The notes below the pieces were generated by a model. It saw only the letters and a list, made by a program, of their open reading frames with translations, had not been told where the DNA came from and ran no database searches. Made by a program: the position numbers and the translations under genes. From a virus (lineage: Duplodnaviria; Caudoviricetes): a DNA stretch of 64,000 bases. Shown in pieces: positions 8,616 to 18,316 of the stretch. The number at the start of each line of letters is the position of its first letter. The stretch's first letter is position 1. Location: the IMG/VR virus record IMGVR_UViG_2593339199_000003, positions 32,001-96,000 of that record. One strand, 5' to 3'.

Positions 8616-10678
8616 CCCCCAACGAGCTGCAGGGCTGTGATCTTCGGCGTCAGATACGGCGTATCTTCGCTCCGATTGAACACGGCCTGAAGCACGATTT
8701 GATTGTTCGCCGCGTCTTCAGTGTCCACCTCATAGGAGAGCTGGAAGATGCAGTTCTGCGGCTTGTAGTTTAAGACGACCTGACTTTCGCTGATGCTGAA
8801 GTAGTCGTGATTGTTCGGCGAGATATTGTGGTACAGAGAGTGCGTGTCCACGTAAGTCATGGGCGCCAGATCCGCGCGAACCTTTGTCTCCTTCATGAAG
8901 TTGAACTTGCCCAGGTAGGTTTCGTTCGGCAGCTCGCTCTGCGTGAAGTCACGGCGCAGCTGCATGTCGCCCCAGTGATACAAGATCTGAATTTCATTCC
9001 AGCCGACCTTCAGCGTCATCGTGACTTCTTCATTGGTCGGCACCATGCGCTCGCTGTTGACATAAACGGCAAATGCGCCGAGTCGTTTTCGGGTATCGGC
9101 TACAGTCTGAATCACCGCCAAGCTGAGCGGCTCGACGCGGTTCTCCTCGGAATAGATGCAGGCTGTGAACCGGTAGAAGTTGTCGTTTGGTCCGCCGTTA
9201 CTACGGCGCAGACTCAGCGTGTTACCGATCGGCAGGTAGTCTGTGATGACCTGATCCGGCCGGTTTGTCAGCTGCTCCTGCCAGGTGCTGTTCAGCGGGA
9301 CCGTGCCGTCGAATTTTACATACGTCCGCTCGCGGCGCCACTGGTTGATCCCGCGGAGCAGCAGTGGATTGTGGATCGCATCGAAGCTCTCAGGCAGCGT
9401 GCCGTCTCCGGAATCATTCGCCAGCTTGAAGACTTGCATGCCGTTGATGATCTGGCCGGTCGCCTCGCTCTTGTTGAACTCCACGTACTTCACGCCCCGC
9501 ATATTGAACTCCACAACCTTGGCGTACTTCGGCGCGCTATCGTCCTGGGAGCTGATCGGATACCAGACAAGCTCGCTGAAATCCTGCCTATCCTGCATGA
9601 GGGCCACGGCGTAATCGATCGAGGTATTGTACGGAATGTCGTGGCTCGCCTTGAGGCTGACCATATTCAGATTCTGCGTCTCGAACACGAATGGATTCGT
9701 GATGAGGGTGCCAGATCCCAGGTAACTCTTGCAGTATGCCGAGATGTTCTTGGCCCCGAAGTAATAGTTATAGACGCCAGCTGAATTATCGTCATGCTCT
9801 TTCTTCTCATAGACGAATTTGATGGCCCTTACAGTCATCTTCGGAAAACTCCAGACGTCCGAATCTACCACTGTTTTTTGGTTGTTCTTTCCTGGGAGCG
9901 GGCTGAATGTCGTGCCGTCCGTAGACGTCTCCACCTGAATCAGAACCGGCTTGCCGTGATGCGCCACATACTCGATCTCGGTCAGCTCTGTGTCGGTCGC
10001 CAGCTTCACGACGAGCTCGCCGCGAACCGTGCCCGGGCCGCTGGTCTTCAGTACCTGCCACCACGCCGAATTGATATCATCGTCAAAGGCATTGTTCGTG
10101 GACTCCAGTGCGGCCGACTTCACGTTCGGCGTTAATGGGTTGAATTTCGCCTGCGAGCCGACAAGCAGGATCTTCTCGGTGTCGCGCTTATTCTCGCTAA
10201 GCGTGATCGCTTGGTTTATAACATCCACAAAGACCGAGCTTCTTGTTTTATCGACGCGGCTCATATCCGTGAACTGCTCCATCAGCACTTCGCCGCCGGC
10301 GCTGTTTACGAGCAGCAGCTGGTCGATTTTCTTGGCAATAGCCATCAGGTCATGATAGATTTTGCTGCGCTCCGTATCGGCAAATTGAAAGTCGCTCATG
10401 ACTTTCGTGGTCTGCTCGATCGTTGCTTGATAGGCATCGCTGATATCATCATGAATCAAACGGACGTTCTCATTGTAGCTGTCGGCATCCGACTTCGATT
10501 TACGCAGCACGTGCAGCGGCGTAAAGGAGGGGGCTCCGGGAACATGTTCCCGAAGCCATTGGCTAAAATGATACGTAATAGTTTGAAGCGTCGGATATCG
10601 GCCATGCACCAGATAATAGCGAACGATGCGCTCCATCGTTCTGCCGATTTGACTTTGCCGAATGCCCACGGTCGTCAC
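8612..10678 (-). CDS. Virion structural protein (paralog family, discoidin-like domain)
   Basis: 688 aa; SDADSYNEN motif, coiled coil, NNAFDDDINSAWW...ETSTDGTTFS. Confidence 0.65.
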   Translation of the reverse strand: MTTVGIRQSQIGRTMERIVRYYLVHGRYPTLQTITYHFSQWLREHVPGAPSFTPLHVLRKSKSDADSYNENVRLIHDDISDAYQATIEQTTKVMSDFQFADTERSKIYHDLMAIAKKIDQLLLVNSAGGEVLMEQFTDMSRVDKTRSSVFVDVINQAITLSENKRDTEKILLVGSQAKFNPLTPNVKSAALESTNNAFDDDINSAWWQVLKTSGPGTVRGELVVKLATDTELTEIEYVAHHGKPVLIQVETSTDGTTFSPLPGKNNQKTVVDSDVWSFPKMTVRAIKFVYEKKEHDDNSAGVYNYYFGAKNISAYCKSYLGSGTLITNPFVFETQNLNMVSLKASHDIPYNTSIDYAVALMQDRQDFSELVWYPISSQDDSAPKYAKVVEFNMRGVKYVEFNKSEATGQIINGMQVFKLANDSGDGTLPESFDAIHNPLLLRGINQWRRERTYVKFDGTVPLNSTWQEQLTNRPDQVITDYLPIGNTLSLRRSNGGPNDNFYRFTACIYSEENRVEPLSLAVIQTVADTRKRLGAFAVYVNSERMVPTNEEVTMTLKVGWNEIQILYHWGDMQLRRDFTQSELPNETYLGKFNFMKETKVRADLAPMTYVDTHSLYHNISPNNHDYFSISESQVVLNYKPQNCIFQLSYEVDTEDAANNQIVLQAVFNRSEDTPYLTPKITALQLVGG

Positions 10679-10681
10679 CTC

Positions 10682-13600
10682 TTAAACTGGAGTCAAAGAA
10701 CCACGTTGTTCTTTCCTTATTGTAATGTCTGACAATGTGGTTTGACCAGGATTTTTCAAATTAATATCGCAGATGATCATATACTGCTGCGTCCAGGTTG
10801 CCTTATCCAAGGCAATCGTTTTTAGCAACGCACCATTCGCCGCATTGATAATCTCAACCTGCGGATCTTTGTCCAGATCATCGATCTGCGCCATGGCGTA
10901 CCGGTCCACGACGAGCGTAAGCTTGCGACCGACGAAACCGTCAATCGTGATGATCTCGACCTCATTGTCCCAGGCGGTCGCCGCGGTATGGCTCGTATAG
11001 TCGAAGTTCAAGTAAACGGCATCCGCGCCCTCCTGATAGACGTGATATGTCGCGCCACTGATTGTGACCGTTGGCGAGTTGTAGGCGACATGCTTGGTTA
11101 CGTCTTTGTCGATAAAGGCATGAAGGTCGAGATCGCAAGCGCCGCTGGCCCGGTAACCCCAGCGCAACCGGAACAGCATGTCATAACTGTTCTTAATCGT
11201 GCCTTCATCCGGGCTTCCCCCATCGGTCGGAGGCGGCGAGCAGTCGATGACATTGATGGCGATCGTAATCGACTTGGTTGTGCCGTCCGGACTGGTCGCC
11301 GTAATGACCAGATCGCCGGAGTTGAGCTCGCCGGCATCGTGAGAAATTTCGCCTGAGATGCTGGCGAGCTGCGAGCCGTAGTCACCGAGGATATCCACGT
11401 ACTGGCCGCCGGTCGCGTCCACCAGTGGCTTCAACTGATCCATGACCGACGCATTCGTGGATGCTGTTGGACCGATCACGGAAATCTTGATGCCGCGGCC
11501 TTGGCATGCGCTTGCGACCTCAGCAACCGTATAGGCGCCACCATCGCTTGTGGTATGCACGTGGGCGTCGGTTAGCATGATGATGTACTTGGCCGCATTG
11601 CTACGGAAGTCGAAGCTGAGCGCCCCGTTCGTGCCGTCCATAATCCCTTCGAGTCCGGACTCCGGTTCATCGCCGCCACCACCCACGAGAATGTATTGAA
11701 GCTGCGTCTTGAACAGATCCTTGTTCGTCGTATAATCATTCTTGAAGAGCCGCTCCCCGTAGGTCACATCGCCGAACTGAACCAGGCCGAGGCGGTAATC
11801 TACGCCATCATTGGCAAGCCGTGTGATGAACGCATCCAGGTTATTGGCCACGTTTGTGATGTAGCTCGACATGGATCCGGTATAGTCCACAAGGAAGATG
11901 ATGTCGGCTTTGCCACCAATCGTTGCTCCGCCATCAGTGCCGAATGCAGTCGCCGGGATCGTGAACGCGAAATCCTTATGCGTCCCGCTCCCCGTTCCCG
12001 CATACACCTCCTCGCCGCGGTACGTGGCATTGACCGTCGAAACGCTTGGGTAGATGTCCGCATAGCCGGCAATATTTAGCGGCTCGTTGTTGCACTGTGT
12101 GAGCGAGGTTGGGTCCGCCGATGGAGCCGTCACATGCAGCTCGGGAACCGGGTTCACACCCGTTTCGGGATCGGAGTTATGCGAGCTGTCGATAGGACAC
12201 ACCTGCGACGTGAAGACATCGTAATGCTTGCTGACCACGAAGTCCCCACTTTTGCCGATGCATGGTGCATTGGCATAGTTGCCAGTGACCACCTCGGAAA
12301 TCCATGGCAGATCGCCGATGGCTTTCGGACCACCTTTCATCCACTCCGTATTCTTCGCGCCGGCCGATTTAAAGTTGAGGTTGGTCGCCCATGCCGTCTG
12401 CACGACATCGTAGAAGTCTTTGAACATGACGCCGATTCCCGTCACCTGCAGGTTTGTCTGTCCGGTGCCATTCTTCACCATGACGGATACGCCTTTGAAA
12501 TAATCCGACCAGCCCACGACCACATCAATCGGGCCAGCCTTGGACTGCACCGTGATTTGCTCCGTCACAAGCCAGGACAGCGGCACGATGACTGTCTCCA
12601 GATCATTCGTGATGTCGCTATAATACTGGAACGCCACCTTATCCAGCAGCAAGCAGTTGCGAACCGGATTTTTGGTTGGATCATACGGCTCGACCGGTGG
12701 CTGCGTCGGATCATTCGGTGTCGTCTGGCCCTCATCCGGATTCAGGAGCTGCTTATTGATTGGACACTGGTTGATGTTCCAATTGCCGCCGAATGAGAAG
12801 TTCACGTAATCGTTAAGCGATCCAATGCTCGGGCTTGCCGAGTAATCGCCATTGTTTATGATCGGCTTCGTCCAGTTGTCCGTCGTCTTGGTCGAACCAT
12901 CGCCAAGCATCAGATCGGCGTTCTTTACCCCGTCCGTCTGCTTAATGATGCTCGCAGCCCATGTTGTCTTGCTCAGGTTCTTCTCGTCCAGATAATTGAT
13001 GGCGATGGAGCTGAGCTGGAATCCATAGCCGGTTGTGTTCGTTCCTGCCTTAAACCAGGCGATGATGCCGTTGCTTGATCCCCAGCCGAAGGTCACCTTC
13101 GCGCCGTTGCCATTGTCGATTTCATACGGCAGCCAGTCGGATGGAATGTCGAGGGGGATGATCGCTTGCTGCGTCGCATCGAAATACTCGATGTGTAGCG
13201 AGTCGAACAGCAGGCAGTTACGGGCATTCGGTTCTTCATCGGCCGGCAGCTTAGTCGAGATCACGAAGCTGTCCGAAGCTTGGCGGCCTTGATCATCGAA
13301 ACCTTTTACCTCGACAGCAATCGTGTCACCCGCTTCATAGCCATCGGTCGGCAAACTGAAGCGGAAGGACTTCTCATAGCCCACCGCGGATGTAACCGTT
13401 GGCAGACTATAGTCGGTATGGTCCACTTCGGTTCCGTTGACGAACACGACCGCTTTCGTAATCGGATAGGCGCTATCAACTACGCCGAGGACCACGATAT
13501 CCTCACCCTTGGGTACGCTAGTTGGCTTCGGGCTGATCGTAACTTTGATCGGTTTGTCGCCTGGGTGTGGGTCGGTCGGGTCCGTTGGATCATTAGGATC

Positions 13601-13972
13601 ATTAGGATCATTAGGATCATTCGGGTCATTAGGGTCATTAGGGTCACTCGGATCATTCGGATCATTAGGGTCATTGGGGTCATTGGGGTCATTCGGGTCA
13701 TTCGGGTCATTCGGGTCTGTGCCCCCTCCTCCATTGCCCGGGTCGTTCCCGTCGCCGCTTCCCGGGTTGGAGCCCCCGCCCCCGGTATCATCTCCATTTG
13801 GATCAGGCGGCGTTGGCGGGAAGTACGGGATATCCGTATCTCCGCCGCCCGTGTCCCCGTCGTCTTGATTATCCGCCGCGCGCCGTGTCGATGCTTCCAT
13901 GTCGACTTCATCACCAGCGACATGTGCTTTAATGTTAAAGCTTTTCAGTATAGGGGTTGAAAACTGGTTCAT
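10682..13972 (-). CDS. vWA-domain structural/adhesin protein with DPN tandem repeat and Ig-like domain
   Basis: DIIFLVDYTGSMS MIDAS, RLGLVQFGD, GGGDEPES, IIMLTDA; ATGA overlap with the upstream stop and an RBS support start 13972 rather than 14167. Confidence 0.8.
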   Translation of the reverse strand: MNQFSTPILKSFNIKAHVAGDEVDMEASTRRAADNQDDGDTGGGDTDIPYFPPTPPDPNGDDTGGGGSNPGSGDGNDPGNGGGGTDPNDPNDPNDPNDPNDPNDPNDPSDPNDPNDPNDPNDPNDPNDPTDPTDPHPGDKPIKVTISPKPTSVPKGEDIVVLGVVDSAYPITKAVVFVNGTEVDHTDYSLPTVTSAVGYEKSFRFSLPTDGYEAGDTIAVEVKGFDDQGRQASDSFVISTKLPADEEPNARNCLLFDSLHIEYFDATQQAIIPLDIPSDWLPYEIDNGNGAKVTFGWGSSNGIIAWFKAGTNTTGYGFQLSSIAINYLDEKNLSKTTWAASIIKQTDGVKNADLMLGDGSTKTTDNWTKPIINNGDYSASPSIGSLNDYVNFSFGGNWNINQCPINKQLLNPDEGQTTPNDPTQPPVEPYDPTKNPVRNCLLLDKVAFQYYSDITNDLETVIVPLSWLVTEQITVQSKAGPIDVVVGWSDYFKGVSVMVKNGTGQTNLQVTGIGVMFKDFYDVVQTAWATNLNFKSAGAKNTEWMKGGPKAIGDLPWISEVVTGNYANAPCIGKSGDFVVSKHYDVFTSQVCPIDSSHNSDPETGVNPVPELHVTAPSADPTSLTQCNNEPLNIAGYADIYPSVSTVNATYRGEEVYAGTGSGTHKDFAFTIPATAFGTDGGATIGGKADIIFLVDYTGSMSSYITNVANNLDAFITRLANDGVDYRLGLVQFGDVTYGERLFKNDYTTNKDLFKTQLQYILVGGGGDEPESGLEGIMDGTNGALSFDFRSNAAKYIIMLTDAHVHTTSDGGAYTVAEVASACQGRGIKISVIGPTASTNASVMDQLKPLVDATGGQYVDILGDYGSQLASISGEISHDAGELNSGDLVITATSPDGTTKSITIAINVIDCSPPPTDGGSPDEGTIKNSYDMLFRLRWGYRASGACDLDLHAFIDKDVTKHVAYNSPTVTISGATYHVYQEGADAVYLNFDYTSHTAATAWDNEVEIITIDGFVGRKLTLVVDRYAMAQIDDLDKDPQVEIINAANGALLKTIALDKATWTQQYMIICDINLKNPGQTTLSDITIRKEQRGSLTPV
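13565..13717 (-). repeat. 17 x 9-bp coding tandem repeat (Asp-Pro-Asn/Ser/Thr/His)
   Basis: Counted in protein order: 7 DPN, DPS, 6 DPN, 2 DPT, DPH, with synonymous variation. Confidence 0.95.
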
Positions 13973-15807
13973 GCACTTTCCTCCTCTGGCCGTTGAAACA
14001 AGATTCGGATCCGCAGGCTGTACACCGGATACTCGGATTCCAGATATCCGTCGCTGGCGGTTGCCTGGCTGGACTTTGATACTTGCTGTACCGTGTAAAT
14101 CTTCGGCGGCGCCGGCTCCCCACCGCTTACAAAGGGCTGACGCTCCAGCGGTGTGATCGGATGCCATGTCGAGCCATCATCGATCGACACAAAGTATTTG
14201 ATCCACTTGTACTTCTGGGATGGATCGTCGGCATAGAACGGCGCCGGAATATCCTCATCCACGGAGAGCGTGATCTTCTCGAGCGGCTTGTCGAAGTAGT
14301 ATGGCTCGGATACAATTTCGGCGGATTGCTCGTATTCGCAGGACCAAATCTCAATGTCCCGCACGCCGATGCAGTAACGCCAACCTTCAAAGCGTTCGAC
14401 GCCTACATCGATATTTTCGTTATTGATCGTGCGGGTTAGATTGTAGATGACGTCATCCATGGCGATTTGATCTTGATCGCTGCCGCGGAGCGGGTAGTTT
14501 GCATCCACCGATGCATCGCTAATCTTGACGTTGACGCCGAGATCCTGCAGTCCGATGACCGGTCCATTGATCCGCGGCTGCTCGGCGGCGTCCGTCTTCT
14601 TCGTGAGCGAGTCAAACACATAAGCTGTGCCGTCCTCGACCTGCATCTTCTGCTCGTAGTAGATGTGCCCGATGTCGGTGTAATACTTCGCCGGCTGCTC
14701 GAACAGGATCGAGATGACCTTGGCATTCTGCGGCGTGAAGATGAATGTGGTGTCCTCGTCCTTCTTGCTGGCGCTTAGTACCGACTTCGGTGCGTTCTGG
14801 CCGTCTGAGATCAACACGTCGCGAATGATCGCCGGCTTGGCGCCGTAGTTCGGCGGGGTGTACAGGTTCACGTTGACCTTATTGATCTGCTTGGCTTCCG
14901 GAAGCACGACCTGCATATGCAGCCGCAGTACGCCGTCCGCTGGGTCCTTGGCCCAAGAGAGTGTCTGGTTGCCGCTCACTTGATAGTCGAAGCCGAGGTT
15001 CTTAGCCACTTTCTGCTTATCAATATCTCGGATATTCACGAGCTCGTATTCAAACCAGGTGTTCGCGTTGCCGTCGAGCACCGCGCCATAATTGGCATGG
15101 CTGTTCTTCTGGCCAACGAACGCATACGTGTAATCGGCTTCTGTCAGTGAACTGCCCGGCGATACCGTTACCTCGTGGGTGTTACCGGGGAAGCCATTGG
15201 AGTCGGAGCCGATGATGAACTGGTCATAAGTTTTGTTCCCGATGACAATCGCTACCTGCGCATCTTCGGCCACGTTCGTCGCGCTTTTTTGCTGGAGTGT
15301 GACAGCACCGTTCTCGATGTGCGCCGGCGAGCCAACAATTCGGTCGAAATCGATCTTGTCCTGATTAACAAAATCGTTTCGATGAAACGTGATGCGGCCG
15401 TTGCTGGCCGCATTGGTTGTCAGCAGTTCCAGATCCTTCAGCTTGTCGGCGATCTGCGTGAACTGATTGTCGAGGATGGAATGCTGCACCTGATTGTAGT
15501 TGAAGTCGGCATACAGTGCCTTGCTCAAGATGTCCGCTTCCTGGAACATGATCTGCAGATCGCTCTGCAGCTCGTCCATCATGTTGTTGTAGTCGTCGCT
15601 CCATGGCGGCCCGTCAATCGGAGCCAGCCGGAGCTGCATCAATGGCTGCCCCATGCTGACGAAGAAATCTTGGAAGGATTGGAATACGCTCTTAATCAGC
15701 GAAGTGTCCGTCTTAATTGAGCCGTTCTCGAAGGCGGTCTTCGCTTTGTCGAACTGAGCCACCGCTTGCTGATATAGGAGCTGGGAGTTGTTTTTGAGAT
15801 TAGCCAT
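13969..15807 (-). CDS. Virion structural protein (paralog family)
   Basis: 612 aa; GPPWSDDYNNMM motif, AVLDGNANTWFE, SIDDGSTW Asp-box-like motif. Confidence 0.65.
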   Translation of the reverse strand: MANLKNNSQLLYQQAVAQFDKAKTAFENGSIKTDTSLIKSVFQSFQDFFVSMGQPLMQLRLAPIDGPPWSDDYNNMMDELQSDLQIMFQEADILSKALYADFNYNQVQHSILDNQFTQIADKLKDLELLTTNAASNGRITFHRNDFVNQDKIDFDRIVGSPAHIENGAVTLQQKSATNVAEDAQVAIVIGNKTYDQFIIGSDSNGFPGNTHEVTVSPGSSLTEADYTYAFVGQKNSHANYGAVLDGNANTWFEYELVNIRDIDKQKVAKNLGFDYQVSGNQTLSWAKDPADGVLRLHMQVVLPEAKQINKVNVNLYTPPNYGAKPAIIRDVLISDGQNAPKSVLSASKKDEDTTFIFTPQNAKVISILFEQPAKYYTDIGHIYYEQKMQVEDGTAYVFDSLTKKTDAAEQPRINGPVIGLQDLGVNVKISDASVDANYPLRGSDQDQIAMDDVIYNLTRTINNENIDVGVERFEGWRYCIGVRDIEIWSCEYEQSAEIVSEPYYFDKPLEKITLSVDEDIPAPFYADDPSQKYKWIKYFVSIDDGSTWHPITPLERQPFVSGGEPAPPKIYTVQQVSKSSQATASDGYLESEYPVYSLRIRILFQRPEEESA

Positions 15808-18268
15808 TGCGAACCTCCTGATCGTAGGTTTGACAGCGAAGCGAATAGCTGAAGACAGCCGGGGTCACACTTTCGTATCCAGCGCTGTTACGGCGCAGGA
15901 TCGCCTTTAGGCGGACGTCCGTGGTCAGGTAATAATAATCGACCGTGATGTTCTTCAGTTCGTCCCCGAATGCTGCTATCGGGAAGATGATCTGATTGCC
16001 GATCTGCGCAAAGACATGTCCTTCATTTTCGATCTGCAGTCGGCTGGTATCGTAAGTACCGCTTGAGTAATCGGTGATGTTCTTGTACTCCACCCCGTTT
16101 ACCCGGACGATAACCGGGTAGTACAGGTCTTCGGCCTGCAGCTGCGTATCGTCTTGGTTGTACCGCTCCAGCGTATCGTCATAAGCGAATAGCTGATTGC
16201 GGAAGACGAAGGGCACATGCTTGATCGTGACGGTGTTGTTGTCATCCACCGCAGCGAACGTTTCCCCTGTCTCACCCTGGTCATTGATATATTGCATCGG
16301 CTGGATTTCCGTCTCGTCGATGCTGACGATGTATGCATCTTCGACCGGCTTATAATCCACCGTGTAAATACTGGAGGCCGAATAATATTGGCTGATGATG
16401 CCGAGCTTCTTCCCATCAGTCGAGATGACATACTGCGCGCGCGGCACCGGTATGCCGTCGCGTCGGAGGACTACCGTGTCGGCTGAGATGATCGGGAAGC
16501 GGAAGCTAAATTGGATGGTGCCCAACATCTCCGGATAGCTCTCGGTCACGCTGCTGCCAAAGAGGAGTTCGCCTTCGACGTAATCCTTGTTAGCCGGCAG
16601 GATCGGCTTCCATGCGCCCACGTCCGGATTCTTCTTGTAGGCGATGTAATATTCTATGTCTGTTATGCGGACCGCATCGCCATTATCCATCGTTACATTG
16701 TGGTGCTTCTCGTCCGTCATGAGACTCAGCATCTTCATGTTCCCGTTTATCGGTAACGGCTTCGATACGTAGATCGAACGCTGCTGGAACTTGCGGCCAG
16801 TCAAGCTGATGTTATAGAATCCGTACAAGTAGGACAGCTTCGACACCGCCGTCCATTGCTGGCTTAGGTTATCCGGGATCTGCTGCGGCTGCCCGGTCGC
16901 CGAGATGGACCGCAGCGCGAGCTGCATCGGGTTCTTATAGTTGCCCGTCCGGACGACATCCATGGCTGCCTTCGCCGCATCCACGACGCTGTTTGCCGCA
17001 TTGCCAGCCGTGGCCGCCCAGTTCTTGAGCGCCGATAGATACCGGTTCCAGCCTGTGAGCTCGTTTTTCTTGTCGAACTCCGCGATGGATTCGCCCGGGC
17101 TTACTTTATCGGCGATGGCATCGGTGCCGAGTGTCAGCAGTTGATTGTCGTTGACGATCTTCTGCCACAGCTCCGCTTGGTTGGCTTCATCTATGCTGAC
17201 GATGTAATTTTCTTTGACGTAATTCTCCTGCCGCATCAAGACGCGAAGCATGGAGATGTCCACCGAAGGGAACTGAAAGCTGATCAGACCAACTGACTTC
17301 TTGCTGCGCTGCGACGGATTATCGTGATCCGGCGTGATAAGGGCGTACATCTTCGCATCCTTGTCGGCCGACTCGTAACCATGCACGGCGACGATCTCGA
17401 GCGGGTATGCGCAGTACGGATCGAACTGGATTTCGGATACCGTGGTCAGGCCGCTCAGCTTGATCTCGATCTCCGTCATCGCGCCGTCCTTCGGATAATC
17501 CGTATAGTCGTGCGTCCAGATATCGCTGATGTCATGTGTGATCGGCTCATCAGAGAGAACGACTTCAGCCCAGTAGCTTTCAAGCGAGCCGTCGATCGCA
17601 TAATCCACCGGATGCTCTGGGTTGGTTGCCATGTCACCGGTGCGGTTGACGACGCGGATGTCAGCCAGCTTGCGGCCGTAGGGGTTCTTCAACTGATCGA
17701 TCGTTTCATAGCTGGCCAACTGTAGCCGGTCGGCGACGATTTCGCCCTGGTACTTATCGGCGAGGTATTGACCGTAGCGATCTTTGCGAAGCAGTGCGAG
17801 CGCTTCACTGTCCGTCTCCGTATACTGCTGGGCCTGGAACTGCTCATGAACGCCTTCGACGAAGCCGTCCGTGTTCTGCATGATGAGCTTGTAGCGTTCC
17901 ACCTGGCTGTCGAGCATTTGCACTTTCTTCTTCAACTCGGCCAGCATCGAGCGGGACAACTGATGATTGTCCGTGATAATCTGATCGATCTGCCCGGACG
18001 CGGAGAAAAGCGTCATAAGGTCGAATGCAATCTCATCGAGACTGCTGTTATAGTCGGCGGAATTAGTCTTGCCGGTTTGGTGACGAGCTTTGAATGTCGG
18101 CACGCCCTTGTATTGATTGAGCTGGGCCATGAGCCGGTCAAGCTCGGCCTTGAGCTCGTAGTCGCTTTTTATGAGCCCTTCTTGTTGTTTGATCTCCAGC
18201 AGCTCCATCAATTTTTTTCGCTGCGTATCAGGCATGGTTAAAAGAAAGTCATCAAGGTACTTCCCCAC
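15800..18268 (-). CDS. Virion structural protein (paralog family)
   Basis: GKTNSADYNSSL motif, coiled coil, YAIDGSLESYW; AGGAGG 8 nt before GTG 18268 (track start 18277). Confidence 0.65.
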   Translation of the reverse strand: MGKYLDDFLLTMPDTQRKKLMELLEIKQQEGLIKSDYELKAELDRLMAQLNQYKGVPTFKARHQTGKTNSADYNSSLDEIAFDLMTLFSASGQIDQIITDNHQLSRSMLAELKKKVQMLDSQVERYKLIMQNTDGFVEGVHEQFQAQQYTETDSEALALLRKDRYGQYLADKYQGEIVADRLQLASYETIDQLKNPYGRKLADIRVVNRTGDMATNPEHPVDYAIDGSLESYWAEVVLSDEPITHDISDIWTHDYTDYPKDGAMTEIEIKLSGLTTVSEIQFDPYCAYPLEIVAVHGYESADKDAKMYALITPDHDNPSQRSKKSVGLISFQFPSVDISMLRVLMRQENYVKENYIVSIDEANQAELWQKIVNDNQLLTLGTDAIADKVSPGESIAEFDKKNELTGWNRYLSALKNWAATAGNAANSVVDAAKAAMDVVRTGNYKNPMQLALRSISATGQPQQIPDNLSQQWTAVSKLSYLYGFYNISLTGRKFQQRSIYVSKPLPINGNMKMLSLMTDEKHHNVTMDNGDAVRITDIEYYIAYKKNPDVGAWKPILPANKDYVEGELLFGSSVTESYPEMLGTIQFSFRFPIISADTVVLRRDGIPVPRAQYVISTDGKKLGIISQYYSASSIYTVDYKPVEDAYIVSIDETEIQPMQYINDQGETGETFAAVDDNNTVTIKHVPFVFRNQLFAYDDTLERYNQDDTQLQAEDLYYPVIVRVNGVEYKNITDYSSGTYDTSRLQIENEGHVFAQIGNQIIFPIAAFGDELKNITVDYYYLTTDVRLKAILRRNSAGYESVTPAVFSYSLRCQTYDQEVRNG

Positions 18269-18285
18269 CTGCTTCACCTCCTATG

Positions 18286-18310
18286 TATAAAGGACAGCCT
18301 TTCGGCTGCC
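18286..18310 (-). terminator. Hairpin with GAAA loop, weak terminator
   Basis: GGCAGCC-GAAA-GGCTGTC then CTTTATA, just after the stop at 18317. Confidence 0.5.
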
Positions 18311-18316
18311 GCTTTG

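Noticed and set aside
13565-13717. Tandem repeat as a CRISPR array or iteron set
   Set aside because: 9-bp in-frame units, no spacers, variation mostly at synonymous positions; no cas genes in the window
13973-14167. ORF-track N-terminal extensions (also 4506, 6712, 19411, 24686, 33251, 34699, 38954)
   Set aside because: They overlap upstream genes, hairpins or promoters; strong RBSs support the downstream starts
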